From contig VYFG01000048.1 of assembly GCA_009842505.1 (NCBI GenBank), forward strand, positions 5,082 to 69,081: a stretch of 64,000 nt of DNA, written 5' to 3'. A model generated the notes under the pieces. It had not been told where the DNA came from and ran no database searches. It saw only the letters and a list, made by a program, of their open reading frames with translations. Made by a program: the position numbers and the translations under genes. This document shows positions 51,559 through 60,674 of this stretch, piece after piece (position 1 is the stretch's first letter; the number at the start of each line of letters is the position of its first letter). The stretch comes from Gammaproteobacteria bacterium. GTDB lineage: Bacteria; Pseudomonadota; Gammaproteobacteria; Arenicellales; Poriferihabitantaceae.

Positions 51559-52305
51559 TCAGCAGGTTACCGGCTGGCTGGAATACCGGTCATGGGGAAT
51601 GACCTCCGTGGTGCCTGCCGCGAGCGCGCGCACGTCGTCGATCTCGTTTTCCAGGGCGAGGCGGAAGCCGAACCGGAAGAAGAATTCCTCGTAGAGTTCA
51701 CCGCCCCTGGTGCCCACGGCATAAAAACGGTCATTCGCCCCGTCATATTCCAGGTCCACCGTGGTGAGCGGCTGCCGGGCCGGGCCGCCGATCACTTCCG
51801 CGCCCCGGGACGGGTCGTACACGCTTCGCTCCGAACAGCAGTAGATGATCTGACTGCGTTCGCTCACCTGCTCGTTACTGTCCATGTAGCGGGTCAGTTC
51901 CGGCCTGAAATTGAGAAAGCTCACCGTGCGGGTGGGATAGCTGAGCTTGTGGGCGCAGATGGCGGAAAAGGCCACCACCGAGGCGCCGGGGCCCGCCCCG
52001 CCCCGCCAGCGGTAGTGCCGGCCGTCCTCCGTGGCGAGATCACGGCCGGTGTCCAGGCTGCGGCCGATGTCCACCAGGAAGCAGGGCGTGGTGATGTGCG
52101 GGTAATGGAAAATGAACGCATCGCCCCGGGACAGCGCGTCGCTGCCGATCGGCTCCCCCAGGTGATCCACGAGCAATACCCGGTTGTAGCTGCGCAAGGG
52201 CTCCGATCTCACCACCATGGCGGGATTCGAGGCCACGGCCGCGACTGTCGCCAGGCAGGTCTTGACGAAACCGCGCCGTGTGGACAAACTGGATTTCTGC
52301 TTCAT
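51559..52305 (-). CDS. Tat-exported Rieske-like [2Fe-2S] protein
   Basis: TRRGFVK signal; AFSAICAH (box 1); CCSERSVYDP (altered box 2); GGPARQPL proline loop. Confidence 0.75.
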   Translation of the reverse strand: MKQKSSLSTRRGFVKTCLATVAAVASNPAMVVRSEPLRSYNRVLLVDHLGEPIGSDALSRGDAFIFHYPHITTPCFLVDIGRSLDTGRDLATEDGRHYRWRGGAGPGASVVAFSAICAHKLSYPTRTVSFLNFRPELTRYMDSNEQVSERSQIIYCCSERSVYDPSRGAEVIGGPARQPLTTVDLEYDGANDRFYAVGTRGGELYEEFFFRFGFRLALENEIDDVRALAAGTTEVIPHDRYSSQPVTC

Positions 52306-52329
52306 GTTCCGGTTGCTCAAGAACGGATT

Positions 52330-53091
52330 CTACCAGCCGAGGAAGAGCCGGGAGGACAGTTTCGTCTCCGTGCCATCCTCCCGGCGGACGATCAGTCGCC
52401 CCTCCCCGTCCACCCCGGCGCCGATACCCTGGATCGTACCGCCAGCATGCCGGATGGACACCTGGCAGTCCGCCACGTCCGCCCGTGCATTCCACGTTGC
52501 GAGCACATGACCAAAACCCCGATCATCCCACAGATTGATCCAGGAGACGAACTCCCTGGCCCATGACTCGAACAGGTCCTGGGGCGTGATGGAATCATTG
52601 CCTTCCGCCTGATGCAGGCTCATCTGCTCCGGTTCGCCGGATTCGGGGGCGCTGGCCACATTCACGGCCAGGGTGGCGGTCAGCCACCGTCTGGCGGGGG
52701 ATTCTCCCCGGTCCAGCCACACCGACGCGACGCGGTAGGAGGCGATCCGGATCTCGTTCGGCCAGCCGAACCTGAGTGCGGTCAGGGGCGAGACGTGGGC
52801 GGCGATCGCGCTGCACAGGCTGACCAGGGAGACGAACAGGATCTCGTGGTCCCGGTCAGGCGGAAACTCGGGCTCCAGCACCAGCGCCGCATGGAGATTG
52901 CCGGGGCCGGTGTCCGGGACCCCGGCGCCGCCTTCCCCTGCCGGCGGCGACCGTACCTCATCGGCCAGGAACAGGGTGCCCTCCTCGGCACCGCCGGACG
53001 CCGCTTCCATCGCATGGTCCCGCAGGTTCCCCACCTCGGGGAGATGAACCAGGCGATAGGCTGCCGGCAGAACCGGGGGGTCTCGGTCCAT
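52330..53091 (-). CDS. Biotin/lipoate-protein ligase-like protein (fdh-cluster associated)
   Basis: GAEEGTL, GNLHAALVLEPE, WPN, C-terminal GVDGEGRLIV; canonical GRGR and KWPND motifs degenerate. Confidence 0.75.
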   Translation of the reverse strand: MDRDPPVLPAAYRLVHLPEVGNLRDHAMEAASGGAEEGTLFLADEVRSPPAGEGGAGVPDTGPGNLHAALVLEPEFPPDRDHEILFVSLVSLCSAIAAHVSPLTALRFGWPNEIRIASYRVASVWLDRGESPARRWLTATLAVNVASAPESGEPEQMSLHQAEGNDSITPQDLFESWAREFVSWINLWDDRGFGHVLATWNARADVADCQVSIRHAGGTIQGIGAGVDGEGRLIVRREDGTETKLSSRLFLGW

Positions 53092-53838
53092 TCAGTTGAA
53101 CTTCCGGTTGATGTCGCCGAGCACCTGGACCAGGGTTTCATGGCCCTGCTCCTCGGCATAGGTGATCGGCGTGCGCCCCTCCATGTCCGGCATGTCCCTG
53201 CGGGCGCCGTGCCCGAGCAGATTGACCGCCACGGCCGTATGGCCCATGGCGGCGGCATGATGCAGTGCCGTGGCGCCCTGGTCGTCCCGCGCGTTGATCT
53301 CGATGCCCGGAGATTCCAGCAGCAGGTCCACCACGCTTTCCCTGTTCTCGTAGGCCGAGCGGTGCAGGGGCGTCCACAGGAACACGTCCCGGGTATTGAT
53401 ATCCGCCCCCGCGCGGATCAGCTGCCGGGTCACCGCCACGCTGCCCTTTGCCGCGGCGATCATGAGCGCGCTCCAGCCGTTGGCGCCGCGGGCGTTGACA
53501 TCGACGCCGGCTTCCAGGATCGGGCCGACGCAGCGAGGGTCGCCGGTGACCGCGGCGAACATCAGTGCCGTGCCGCCGTTCTCGTTGCTGGCACCCGGGT
53601 CCGCACCCATGGAAATCAGTTTTTCGACCTGGCCGCACCGGCCTGCCCGGGCCACCACCATCAGGGCAGTTCTGCCCGTCGCGGTGGACTCGTTGATATC
53701 CGCCACCGTATCGCTGAGACGGATCACCTGTTCCACATCTGCCGAGTGGATGGCGCGGCGGAAACTGTCGTCCGCTGGCGCCGGGAAGAAGGCCCCCGAC
53801 AGCACCAGCAATGCAAGGAGCCTACGCGCTTGCCACAT
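53092..53838 (-). CDS. Secreted ankyrin-repeat protein
   Basis: Signal peptide, then about 6 repeats (GRTALM, GGTALM, GWSALM, WTPLH, GATALH, GRTPI). Confidence 0.9.
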   Translation of the reverse strand: MWQARRLLALLVLSGAFFPAPADDSFRRAIHSADVEQVIRLSDTVADINESTATGRTALMVVARAGRCGQVEKLISMGADPGASNENGGTALMFAAVTGDPRCVGPILEAGVDVNARGANGWSALMIAAAKGSVAVTRQLIRAGADINTRDVFLWTPLHRSAYENRESVVDLLLESPGIEINARDDQGATALHHAAAMGHTAVAVNLLGHGARRDMPDMEGRTPITYAEEQGHETLVQVLGDINRKFN

Positions 53839-54373
53839 GGGTAGCATAGTGGCTCGTGACCTCCCGCATGGCGGCATCGGCGTCATAGCGGCCCGTGAGC
53901 CGGATCATGGCATCATGTTTCACGGCATCGCCAAGGATGGACCGGTAACCGTCGCGCTCGCGCTGGCCGAGCTGCAGCTGCTGGGAATGGATCACCCGGA
54001 ATTTTCCGTCGGCAAAAAAGAACCGCAGGTGCTGCTGCTCGGCCAGGCTCTCCAGCGTCCTGAACTGCAGTTTGCCAAGGCCCGGGGTAAGCAGCACCTC
54101 CCCGGCCAGCGGATCTTCCGGACGGGTGGCGACCTCAAAGCGCAGCATCACCACGGCTGCGCTCCCGCATTCGATCACATCCGCCTCCAGCGCCACCGGC
54201 ACCGGGGCCCGGCTCTTTCCGAGTATCCGCCGGTCCTCCCTGCACTCCGGACCGCCCAGACCGAAAAATACCGCGGTTTCCCATGTTCCGTGATCCAGGC
54301 GCACCGGCAGACAGGTGGTCATCACGCCGCCTGAACGCATTCTGCTCACGATTTCAGGAGGAAACTGCTGCAA
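53822..54373 (-). CDS. Hypothetical protein
   Basis: 183-aa ORF with globular composition, co-oriented with and overlapping the ankyrin gene start; no motif recognised. Confidence 0.6.
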   Translation of the reverse strand: MQQFPPEIVSRMRSGGVMTTCLPVRLDHGTWETAVFFGLGGPECREDRRILGKSRAPVPVALEADVIECGSAAVVMLRFEVATRPEDPLAGEVLLTPGLGKLQFRTLESLAEQQHLRFFFADGKFRVIHSQQLQLGQRERDGYRSILGDAVKHDAMIRLTGRYDADAAMREVTSHYATHVASA

Positions 54374-54534
54374 CGGTAATTACCGGTTGGATGCCTTCTG
54401 CCGGGCACAACACCCGGACAGTGCGATCGGGCCAGGGGGGAACCTCACGGCGGCGCCCCCGGGCTTCACTGGTCCCGCGCCGCCACGGGCCGGACGGAGA
54501 ACCCGCGCCTCCGGGCTGCCCGCCATGCCTGGCA

Positions 54535-54570
54535 CACTAAAAACCCCTGCAATGCAGGGGTTTTTTAGTG
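54535..54570. terminator. Bidirectional rho-independent terminator after the fdh operon
   Basis: CACTAAAAACCCCTGC-AAT-GCAGGGGTTTTTTAGTG inverted repeat with flanking A/T tracts. Confidence 0.85.
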
Positions 54571-54585
54571 GTCGGCGACGTCAGG

Positions 54586-55659
54586 TCAGGTCGTCGACGC
54601 ATCGGCAGCCACATCCGCATCTGCGCCGGCCTCGGCGGCCTCCGCATCGCTCTCAAGCCCTTCGTACCACAGATCGTGATGCTGCCTGGCCCATTCGACA
54701 CTCACCTTGCCGGTGGTCATGCCTTCCAGCGCGCCCTCGGTACCGATGGTGCCGATATAGACGTGTCCGAAGAACACCACGATCCAGATGATGGCCGCAA
54801 TGGCGTGCACCTGGTGCGCCCACTGCATGGTGGCCCGGCTACTGTCCATGAATCCCCATTGCGCAGCCCAGCCGATGAGCACCAGGCCGGTACCGCACAC
54901 CGCCACCAGGCCAACCAGGATGACGATCCAGTACCAGACCTTCTCGCCGCCATTGGCCTTTCCGGCGCTGGGGTGGGCCTTGCCGATGATGCCGCCCCCG
55001 GCGGCGAACCACTTCATGTCCACCGCGTTGGGGATGTTGTTCTTGACCCAGAAAAGCAGCATGGCGAACACGCCGATGGTGAAAAACGGGCCTACGTAGT
55101 TATGCACGTTGATGGACAGGTTGGCCCAGGCGGCGAACCCCTGGGGTCCCATCAGCGGGATCAGCACCGCGCGCCCGAACAGTATGCTGAGCCCGGTGAT
55201 GGTCAGAAGGACGAACAGGGTCGCCGTGTACCAGTGCATCAGGCGTTCCAGCGCATTCCAGCGGGCCACGGTAAGCCCCGATTTTTCCCCCTCGATGCGG
55301 ATCCGCCCGCGCAGGAGGAAAAACAGGAAGATCAGGCCCAGGGAACCCAGGACGGCCCAGCCGCCGTAGTTCGCGATCAGCCCGTTGCGCAACTGGCGCC
55401 AGTTCTGGCCGCCGTTGTTGATGAACACCCCGGCCTCGGGCCCCGTGACCGAGCTGTACCCTGCCTGTCCCTCGCGCACCAGGCGCCAGAAGTTGGCCCG
55501 CTGGTTGGTGTCGTTGGCCACCTGGGCATAGGCGTCCTCGCCCCCCGTCACGAGGTAGGACGCCATCGGCAGAGCCATCGCGCTGAGCACGATGAACAGG
55601 ATGGACCAGTTCATGGCGCGCCGGCGACGGCGGTTCTTGTCAGCTTTTTCTGTATTCAT
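54586..55659 (-). CDS. Formate dehydrogenase gamma (cytochrome b) subunit
   Basis: ERLMHW, VHNYVGP, KANGGEK, HVYIGTIGTEGA, WARQHH. Confidence 0.92.
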   Translation of the reverse strand: MNTEKADKNRRRRRAMNWSILFIVLSAMALPMASYLVTGGEDAYAQVANDTNQRANFWRLVREGQAGYSSVTGPEAGVFINNGGQNWRQLRNGLIANYGGWAVLGSLGLIFLFFLLRGRIRIEGEKSGLTVARWNALERLMHWYTATLFVLLTITGLSILFGRAVLIPLMGPQGFAAWANLSINVHNYVGPFFTIGVFAMLLFWVKNNIPNAVDMKWFAAGGGIIGKAHPSAGKANGGEKVWYWIVILVGLVAVCGTGLVLIGWAAQWGFMDSSRATMQWAHQVHAIAAIIWIVVFFGHVYIGTIGTEGALEGMTTGKVSVEWARQHHDLWYEGLESDAEAAEAGADADVAADASTT

Positions 55660-55679
55660 TGTTCTCCCCGATGACTGGT

Positions 55680-55859
55680 TTACCGATCCCGTTGCCCGTC
55701 CAGGCGCTCCTGCAATGCGGCGCTGTCGGCGCTGAGGTCATCCGACGGCCCGTAGTACTCGCCGGGCTGGTGAAAGGTCACGTCGGTGGATTCCCAGCAG
55801 CCGGCCAGTGCAAGGCATGCCAGCAACAGGATCAATGTATGGAGTGTTTTTCTGTGCAT
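55680..55859 (-). CDS. Small lipoprotein (59 aa) in the fdh operon
   Basis: MHRKTLHTLILLLACLALAG-CWESTDVTFHQPGEYYG...; lipobox LAGC; GAGG RBS upstream; not in the ORF track. Confidence 0.75.
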   Translation of the reverse strand: MHRKTLHTLILLLACLALAGCWESTDVTFHQPGEYYGPSDDLSADSAALQERLDGQRDR

Positions 55860-55951
55860 GTCGACCCTCGGATTGGGAATTGCCCGGCGCCGTCACCGAC
55901 GCCGGTAAACCAGGAAACCGGGGCGGGTGCGAAACCCGCCCCGACCAGGAC

Positions 55952-56536
55952 TCAACTACCGTAAGCGGTTTCCCAACCCCAAGTCTGCGGTCTTCCACCG
56001 CGGCGCAGGATCCGCTCGCGGTAGATGTCCGCGACCATGTCGCCGTCACCGGCGATGAGCGCCTTGGTGGAGCACATCTCCGCGCAGAGCGGCAACTTGC
56101 CTTCCGCAATCCGGTTGCCTCCGTACTTCTCGCGCTCGGCCACGGAATTGTCGTCCAGGGGACCGCCGGCACAGAAAGTGCACTTGTCCATCTTGCCGCG
56201 CACGCCGAAGGCCTCCTGCTGCGGGTACTGCGGTGCGCCGAACGGACAGGCGTAGAAACAGTAGCCGCAACCGATGCAGAGATCCTTGTCGTGCAGCACC
56301 ACGCCATCGTTTGTGGTGTAGAAGCAGTCCACCGGGCACACTGCGGAGCAGGGTGCGTCGGTGCAGTGCATGCAGGCCACGGAGATGGACTTCTCACCGG
56401 CCTGGCCGTCACCGAGCGTGATGACGCGGCGCCGGTTCACGCCCCAGGGAACCTCGTTCTCGTTCTTGCAGGCGGTTACGCAGCCGTTGCATTCGATGCA
56501 GCGTTCGGCGTCACACAGGAATTTCATTCTTGCCAT
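55952..56536 (-). CDS. Formate dehydrogenase beta (4Fe-4S) subunit
   Basis: CIECNGC, CMHC...C, CIGCGYC..ACP, KCTFC. Confidence 0.94.
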   Translation of the reverse strand: MARMKFLCDAERCIECNGCVTACKNENEVPWGVNRRRVITLGDGQAGEKSISVACMHCTDAPCSAVCPVDCFYTTNDGVVLHDKDLCIGCGYCFYACPFGAPQYPQQEAFGVRGKMDKCTFCAGGPLDDNSVAEREKYGGNRIAEGKLPLCAEMCSTKALIAGDGDMVADIYRERILRRGGRPQTWGWETAYGS

Positions 56537-56552
56537 GTTCGTATCCTCCAGC

Positions 56553-59417
56553 TTAAGCGAGTGTGATGCGGCAGAGAGTCACTTTGCTCTCCTGCATCTG
56601 GGTTACGGAATCGTATCCGTAGGTGAACGCGGTGTTCGCCGCCTCGCCCCGGACATATGGTGCGGTCCCCTCAGGGTACTTGTCCACGAGGTCCACGCCC
56701 TCGTAGTGACCGCCGAAGTGGAACGGGGTGAATACCACGCCCGGCCCCACGCGCTGGGTGACCATTGCCTTGACCTTGATCTTTGACCCCTCGGGGCTTT
56801 CGATCCAGATCATGTCGCCGTCCTTCACGTTGTGGTCATTGGCGTCCTTGGGATTGATCTCCGCGAACATCTCCTGCTGCAGTTCCGCCAGCCAGGGATT
56901 GGACCGGGACTCCTCACCGCCGCCCTCGTATTCCACCAGCCGTCCGCTGGTGTGAATGATCGGGAATTCCTTGGAGAAATCCTGGGCCTGGATGGAGGCG
57001 TACCTGGTGGGCAGGCGGTAGAACCGCTTGCGGTCCTCGTAGGTGGGATATTTCGCCACCAGCTCGCGGTCCGGCGCGTAGAGCGGCTCGCGATGGATCG
57101 GCACCCGGTCCGGGAAGGTCCAGACGATGGCCCGGGCCTTGGCGTTGCCGAACGGTGCGCAGCCATGCTTGATGGCCACCCGCTGGATGCCGCCGGACAG
57201 GTCGGTTTTCCAGTTCTTGCCGTCGGCCAGCGCCTTTTCCTCGGGGGTCAGGTCATCCCACCAGCCCAGGGTCTTCAGCATGTCGGCGGTGAACTCCGGA
57301 TGGCCGTCCTGGATCTCGTTGCCTACCGGCCAGGAATCCTCGGCGAGGATGTTGTTGCCTTCATGCTCCACACCGAAGCGGGCGCGGAAGTTCAATCCTC
57401 CCTCGGCCACGGGCTTGCTGGGATCGTACAGCACCGGGGTTCCCGGGTGCTTCATCTCGGCCGTTCCCCAGCAGGGCCAAGGCATGCCGTAGAAGTCGCC
57501 GTCGCAGGGGCCGCCCGCTGCCTTCAGCGTCGTGGTGTCGAAGGTGTGCTTGTTCTCCATGTGAAGCTTGAGGCGTTCCGGGCTCTGGCCGGTGTAGCCG
57601 ATGGTCCACATGCCCTTGTTGAACTCGCGGGTGATGTCCTCGATCAGCGGCTCGTCGTTGTTGACCTCGATGTTCTTGCACAGCTGGTCGGCGATGCCGA
57701 GTTTCTTCGCCAGCTTGTAGAGGATCGTGTGGTCAGGCAGCGATTCGAACAGCGGCTCGATGACCTTCTCGCGCCACTGCAGGGAGCGGTTTGACGCGGT
57801 GACCGAGCCATAGGTCTCGAACTGCGTGGTGCCCGGCAGCAGCCAGATGCCGTCGGTGCGGTCGTTCATGACCGCGGCATGGGTCGGATAGGGATCGATG
57901 ATCACCATCATGTCCAGCTTGGCCATGGCCTTCTTCATTTCCGGCCCGCGGGTCTGGCTGTTCACGGCATGCCCCATGTAGACCATGCAGCGGATGTTGT
58001 CCTTCTGGCCGATGTTCTCCTCGAGCACCCCGTCGACCCAGCGGGAGACCGGGATGCCGCGGTAGTTCATCGGATGGGTGGGTTTGCCGTTGTCGCCCTC
58101 CACCTCTTCCTGGCTGAACCGGGACTTGACCCATGCCGGGTCCAGATCCCATACCCGGGACCAGTGGCCCCAGGCGCCGTTGGACAGGCCGTAGTAGCCG
58201 GGGAGGGAATGGGACAGCACGCAGAAGTCGGTGGCGCCCTGCACGTTGTCGTGTCCCCGGAAGATATTGGCGCCGCCGCCCTCCTTGCCGATGTTGCCGA
58301 GGGCAAGCTGGAAGGCGCAGTAGGCGCGGGTGTTGTTGTTGCCGATGGTGTGCTGGGTTCCGCCCATGCACCAGACAAAGGTCGCCGGGCTGTTTTCCGC
58401 CATCATCTGCGCGGCCTTCTTGACGGTCGCTTCCGGCACGCCGGTGACGCGCTCGGTCTCTTCCGGCGTCCACTTGGCCACCTCGGCGCGGATCTCGTCC
58501 ATGCCGTAGACCCGCTGGCGGATGTACTCCTTGTCCTCCCAGCCGTTCTCGAAGATATGCCACATCATGCCCCAGATGATGCCCACGTCAGATCCCGGGC
58601 GGATCCGCACGTAGTGATCGGCATGAGCCGCGGTACGCGTGTAGCGCGGGTCGATCACCACCATCTTGGAGCCGTTCTCCTTCGCCCTGAAGATATGCTG
58701 CAGGGAAACCGGGTGGGCTTCCGCCGGGTTTGAGCCGATGAACAGCATGCACTTGGAATTGTGCATGTCGTTGTAGCTGTTGGTCATGGCTCCGTAGCCC
58801 CAGGTGTTCGCAACGCCCGCCACGGTGGTGGAATGGCAGATGCGCGCCTGGTGGTCGACGTTGTTCGTGCCCCACATTGCGGCGAACTTGCGGAACAGGA
58901 AGGCCTGCTCGTTGTTGAACTTGGCGGAGCCGAGCCAGTAGACCGAGTCGGGACCGGATTCCTCCCGGATCTTCAGCATGCCGTCGCCGATCTCGTTGAC
59001 GGCGTCATCCCAGGACTGCCGCTTCCACCGGCCGCCTTCCAGCTTCATCGGGTACTTGAGACGGCGCTCTCCATGCCCGTGCTCCCGTACGGCCGCGCCC
59101 TTGGCGCAGTGGGAACCCAGGTTGAAGGGGGAGTCGAAGTCCGGCTCCTGGCCGGTCCATACCCCGTTCTGCACCTCGGCCCGCACGCCGCAGCCCACCG
59201 AGCAGTGGGTGCAGACGCTGCGCTTGACGACGATGTCGCCGGTGGCGGCGCTGGCGGCATGGGCCTTTCTCACCCTGCCGGGCATCAGCGTGGTGGCCGC
59301 GGCGCCGGCACCCATGGCCAGCCCGGAACGCTTCAGAAAGGTTCTTCGGTCGATGGACTGTCCGATGCCCGGCTGGCCCTGGCCATCGGAGCCTGTTTGC
59401 TTGCGTATCAGTTTCAT
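56553..59417 (-). CDS. fdhA: Formate dehydrogenase alpha subunit (Mo/W-bis-PGD, Cys ligand)
   Basis: Tat motif DRRTFLK; CTHCSVGC; ARICHS; RGHDNVQGA. Confidence 0.95.
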   Translation of the reverse strand: MKLIRKQTGSDGQGQPGIGQSIDRRTFLKRSGLAMGAGAAATTLMPGRVRKAHAASAATGDIVVKRSVCTHCSVGCGVRAEVQNGVWTGQEPDFDSPFNLGSHCAKGAAVREHGHGERRLKYPMKLEGGRWKRQSWDDAVNEIGDGMLKIREESGPDSVYWLGSAKFNNEQAFLFRKFAAMWGTNNVDHQARICHSTTVAGVANTWGYGAMTNSYNDMHNSKCMLFIGSNPAEAHPVSLQHIFRAKENGSKMVVIDPRYTRTAAHADHYVRIRPGSDVGIIWGMMWHIFENGWEDKEYIRQRVYGMDEIRAEVAKWTPEETERVTGVPEATVKKAAQMMAENSPATFVWCMGGTQHTIGNNNTRAYCAFQLALGNIGKEGGGANIFRGHDNVQGATDFCVLSHSLPGYYGLSNGAWGHWSRVWDLDPAWVKSRFSQEEVEGDNGKPTHPMNYRGIPVSRWVDGVLEENIGQKDNIRCMVYMGHAVNSQTRGPEMKKAMAKLDMMVIIDPYPTHAAVMNDRTDGIWLLPGTTQFETYGSVTASNRSLQWREKVIEPLFESLPDHTILYKLAKKLGIADQLCKNIEVNNDEPLIEDITREFNKGMWTIGYTGQSPERLKLHMENKHTFDTTTLKAAGGPCDGDFYGMPWPCWGTAEMKHPGTPVLYDPSKPVAEGGLNFRARFGVEHEGNNILAEDSWPVGNEIQDGHPEFTADMLKTLGWWDDLTPEEKALADGKNWKTDLSGGIQRVAIKHGCAPFGNAKARAIVWTFPDRVPIHREPLYAPDRELVAKYPTYEDRKRFYRLPTRYASIQAQDFSKEFPIIHTSGRLVEYEGGGEESRSNPWLAELQQEMFAEINPKDANDHNVKDGDMIWIESPEGSKIKVKAMVTQRVGPGVVFTPFHFGGHYEGVDLVDKYPEGTAPYVRGEAANTAFTYGYDSVTQMQESKVTLCRITLA

Positions 59418-59485
59418 GCTTGGTTCTCCTGAGTCGCTGTGCGAATCATCAAGTTTGTATGTATTTCGGTTGCTCCGCCTTCGGC

Positions 59486-59674
59486 CTATCTGCGGGCCAG
59501 CCGGTAATAGACACGGACATGATCGGTTTCACGGTAGCCCTGCTTGGCCACGGGTTCCGTGGTCTCCTGTGTGCCGGCAAGCACGCCGGATGCAGCAGCC
59601 CCGGTACCGATCGCCGCGGTGGTCACGGCGGCGCCTTTCAGAAATGCGCGCCTGGCTTTTTCCGGTTTCTTCAT
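59486..59674 (-). CDS. Small twin-arginine-signal protein of fdh operons
   Basis: ARRAFLKGA...GYRETDHVRVYY. Confidence 0.8.
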   Translation of the reverse strand: MKKPEKARRAFLKGAAVTTAAIGTGAAASGVLAGTQETTEPVAKQGYRETDHVRVYYRLARR

Positions 59675-59725
59675 GGTGTGTACCTCAGCTTGATCAAGGT
59701 TGGTGTATGTCATTCAGATACAGTC

Positions 59726-60370
59726 TCAGTGTTGCTGAACATTCAGATACTGGCTTTCCAGTTGCATGAACCGTTCTCCGAGCAGCCCCACGGCCCGGTA
59801 GAAATCCGCGTTGCGCGCCGATTTCAGTTCATGGAAAAACTTCTCGCCCCAGGGAAGGAGGTGGCGCAGGAAGAACCGGCGCTGCCGGAACCCCTCGACG
59901 TCATCTGATTCGATCAGGATCGACATGGTCTCGCAGATCGCGGCGATGTGATCCTCCGGTTCCTTGTGATCCCCGTTTGCCTCGAAACCCAGCGAACGCA
60001 GGTCATCCCTGAGCTCACTGAGGGGCTTTTCCATCAGGAACCCGGTCAGGTGCCAGGATCCGTAGGGAACGATTTCGCCCCGGCCAAGGCCGATGAACAG
60101 GGCATGGAATTCATCATCCAGCCGGGCCGTGTCCGCCTCTTCGGCGGCGCGGCGCAATGCCAGCCAAGCCTCGCCGACATCCCCGGGGCTGTCGGCATCA
60201 GCCGGGTCATCGATATGGCAGAGATAGTCCAGCAGATCGCGGTCCGGGATATCGCTGAGCAGGGACGCCAGGACGGCATAGGTCGCGGCTCGCGCCTGAT
60301 CCTCCTGTGCGATCAGGGCAGCCGTTTCGAGATTCCCGTTTTCAGTCGTCAAGGGCTGGACGGTTTCCAA
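59726..60370 (-). CDS. TorD/DmsD-family molybdoenzyme chaperone
   Basis: LFIGLGRGEIVPYGS, EPEDHIA. Confidence 0.9.
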   Translation of the reverse strand: METVQPLTTENGNLETAALIAQEDQARAATYAVLASLLSDIPDRDLLDYLCHIDDPADADSPGDVGEAWLALRRAAEEADTARLDDEFHALFIGLGRGEIVPYGSWHLTGFLMEKPLSELRDDLRSLGFEANGDHKEPEDHIAAICETMSILIESDDVEGFRQRRFFLRHLLPWGEKFFHELKSARNADFYRAVGLLGERFMQLESQYLNVQQH

Positions 60371-60674
60371 TTAGGCGCTCCCAAGTGGTGTTCAGTACCA
60401 AGAAACCACCGGCCGTCCATTGGATGGATACGGCACGGCGCATTCCGGCGTAAGCCGTTTTTTGTTGTTTTGGTAGCGTAAAGATATACCCCGGGCATGT
60501 ACGGTTCAAGCTTGCCGCCTTCACGTAAATTTCACCTGACCGGCAGGCCGCAGCAATAGCTCCGGCTTATGGTTATTGAAAACAAAGACTTATCCCGGTT
60601 TTTCAGAACAGATGCAAAATTCACCGGCGGCCGCATAGAATTCCTTGCTGCCAAACCGGAAAAAAATGAAATAA

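Noticed and set aside
56553-59417. Selenocysteine recoding in FdhA
   Set aside because: The ORF is uninterrupted and the active site reads ARICHS with Cys.
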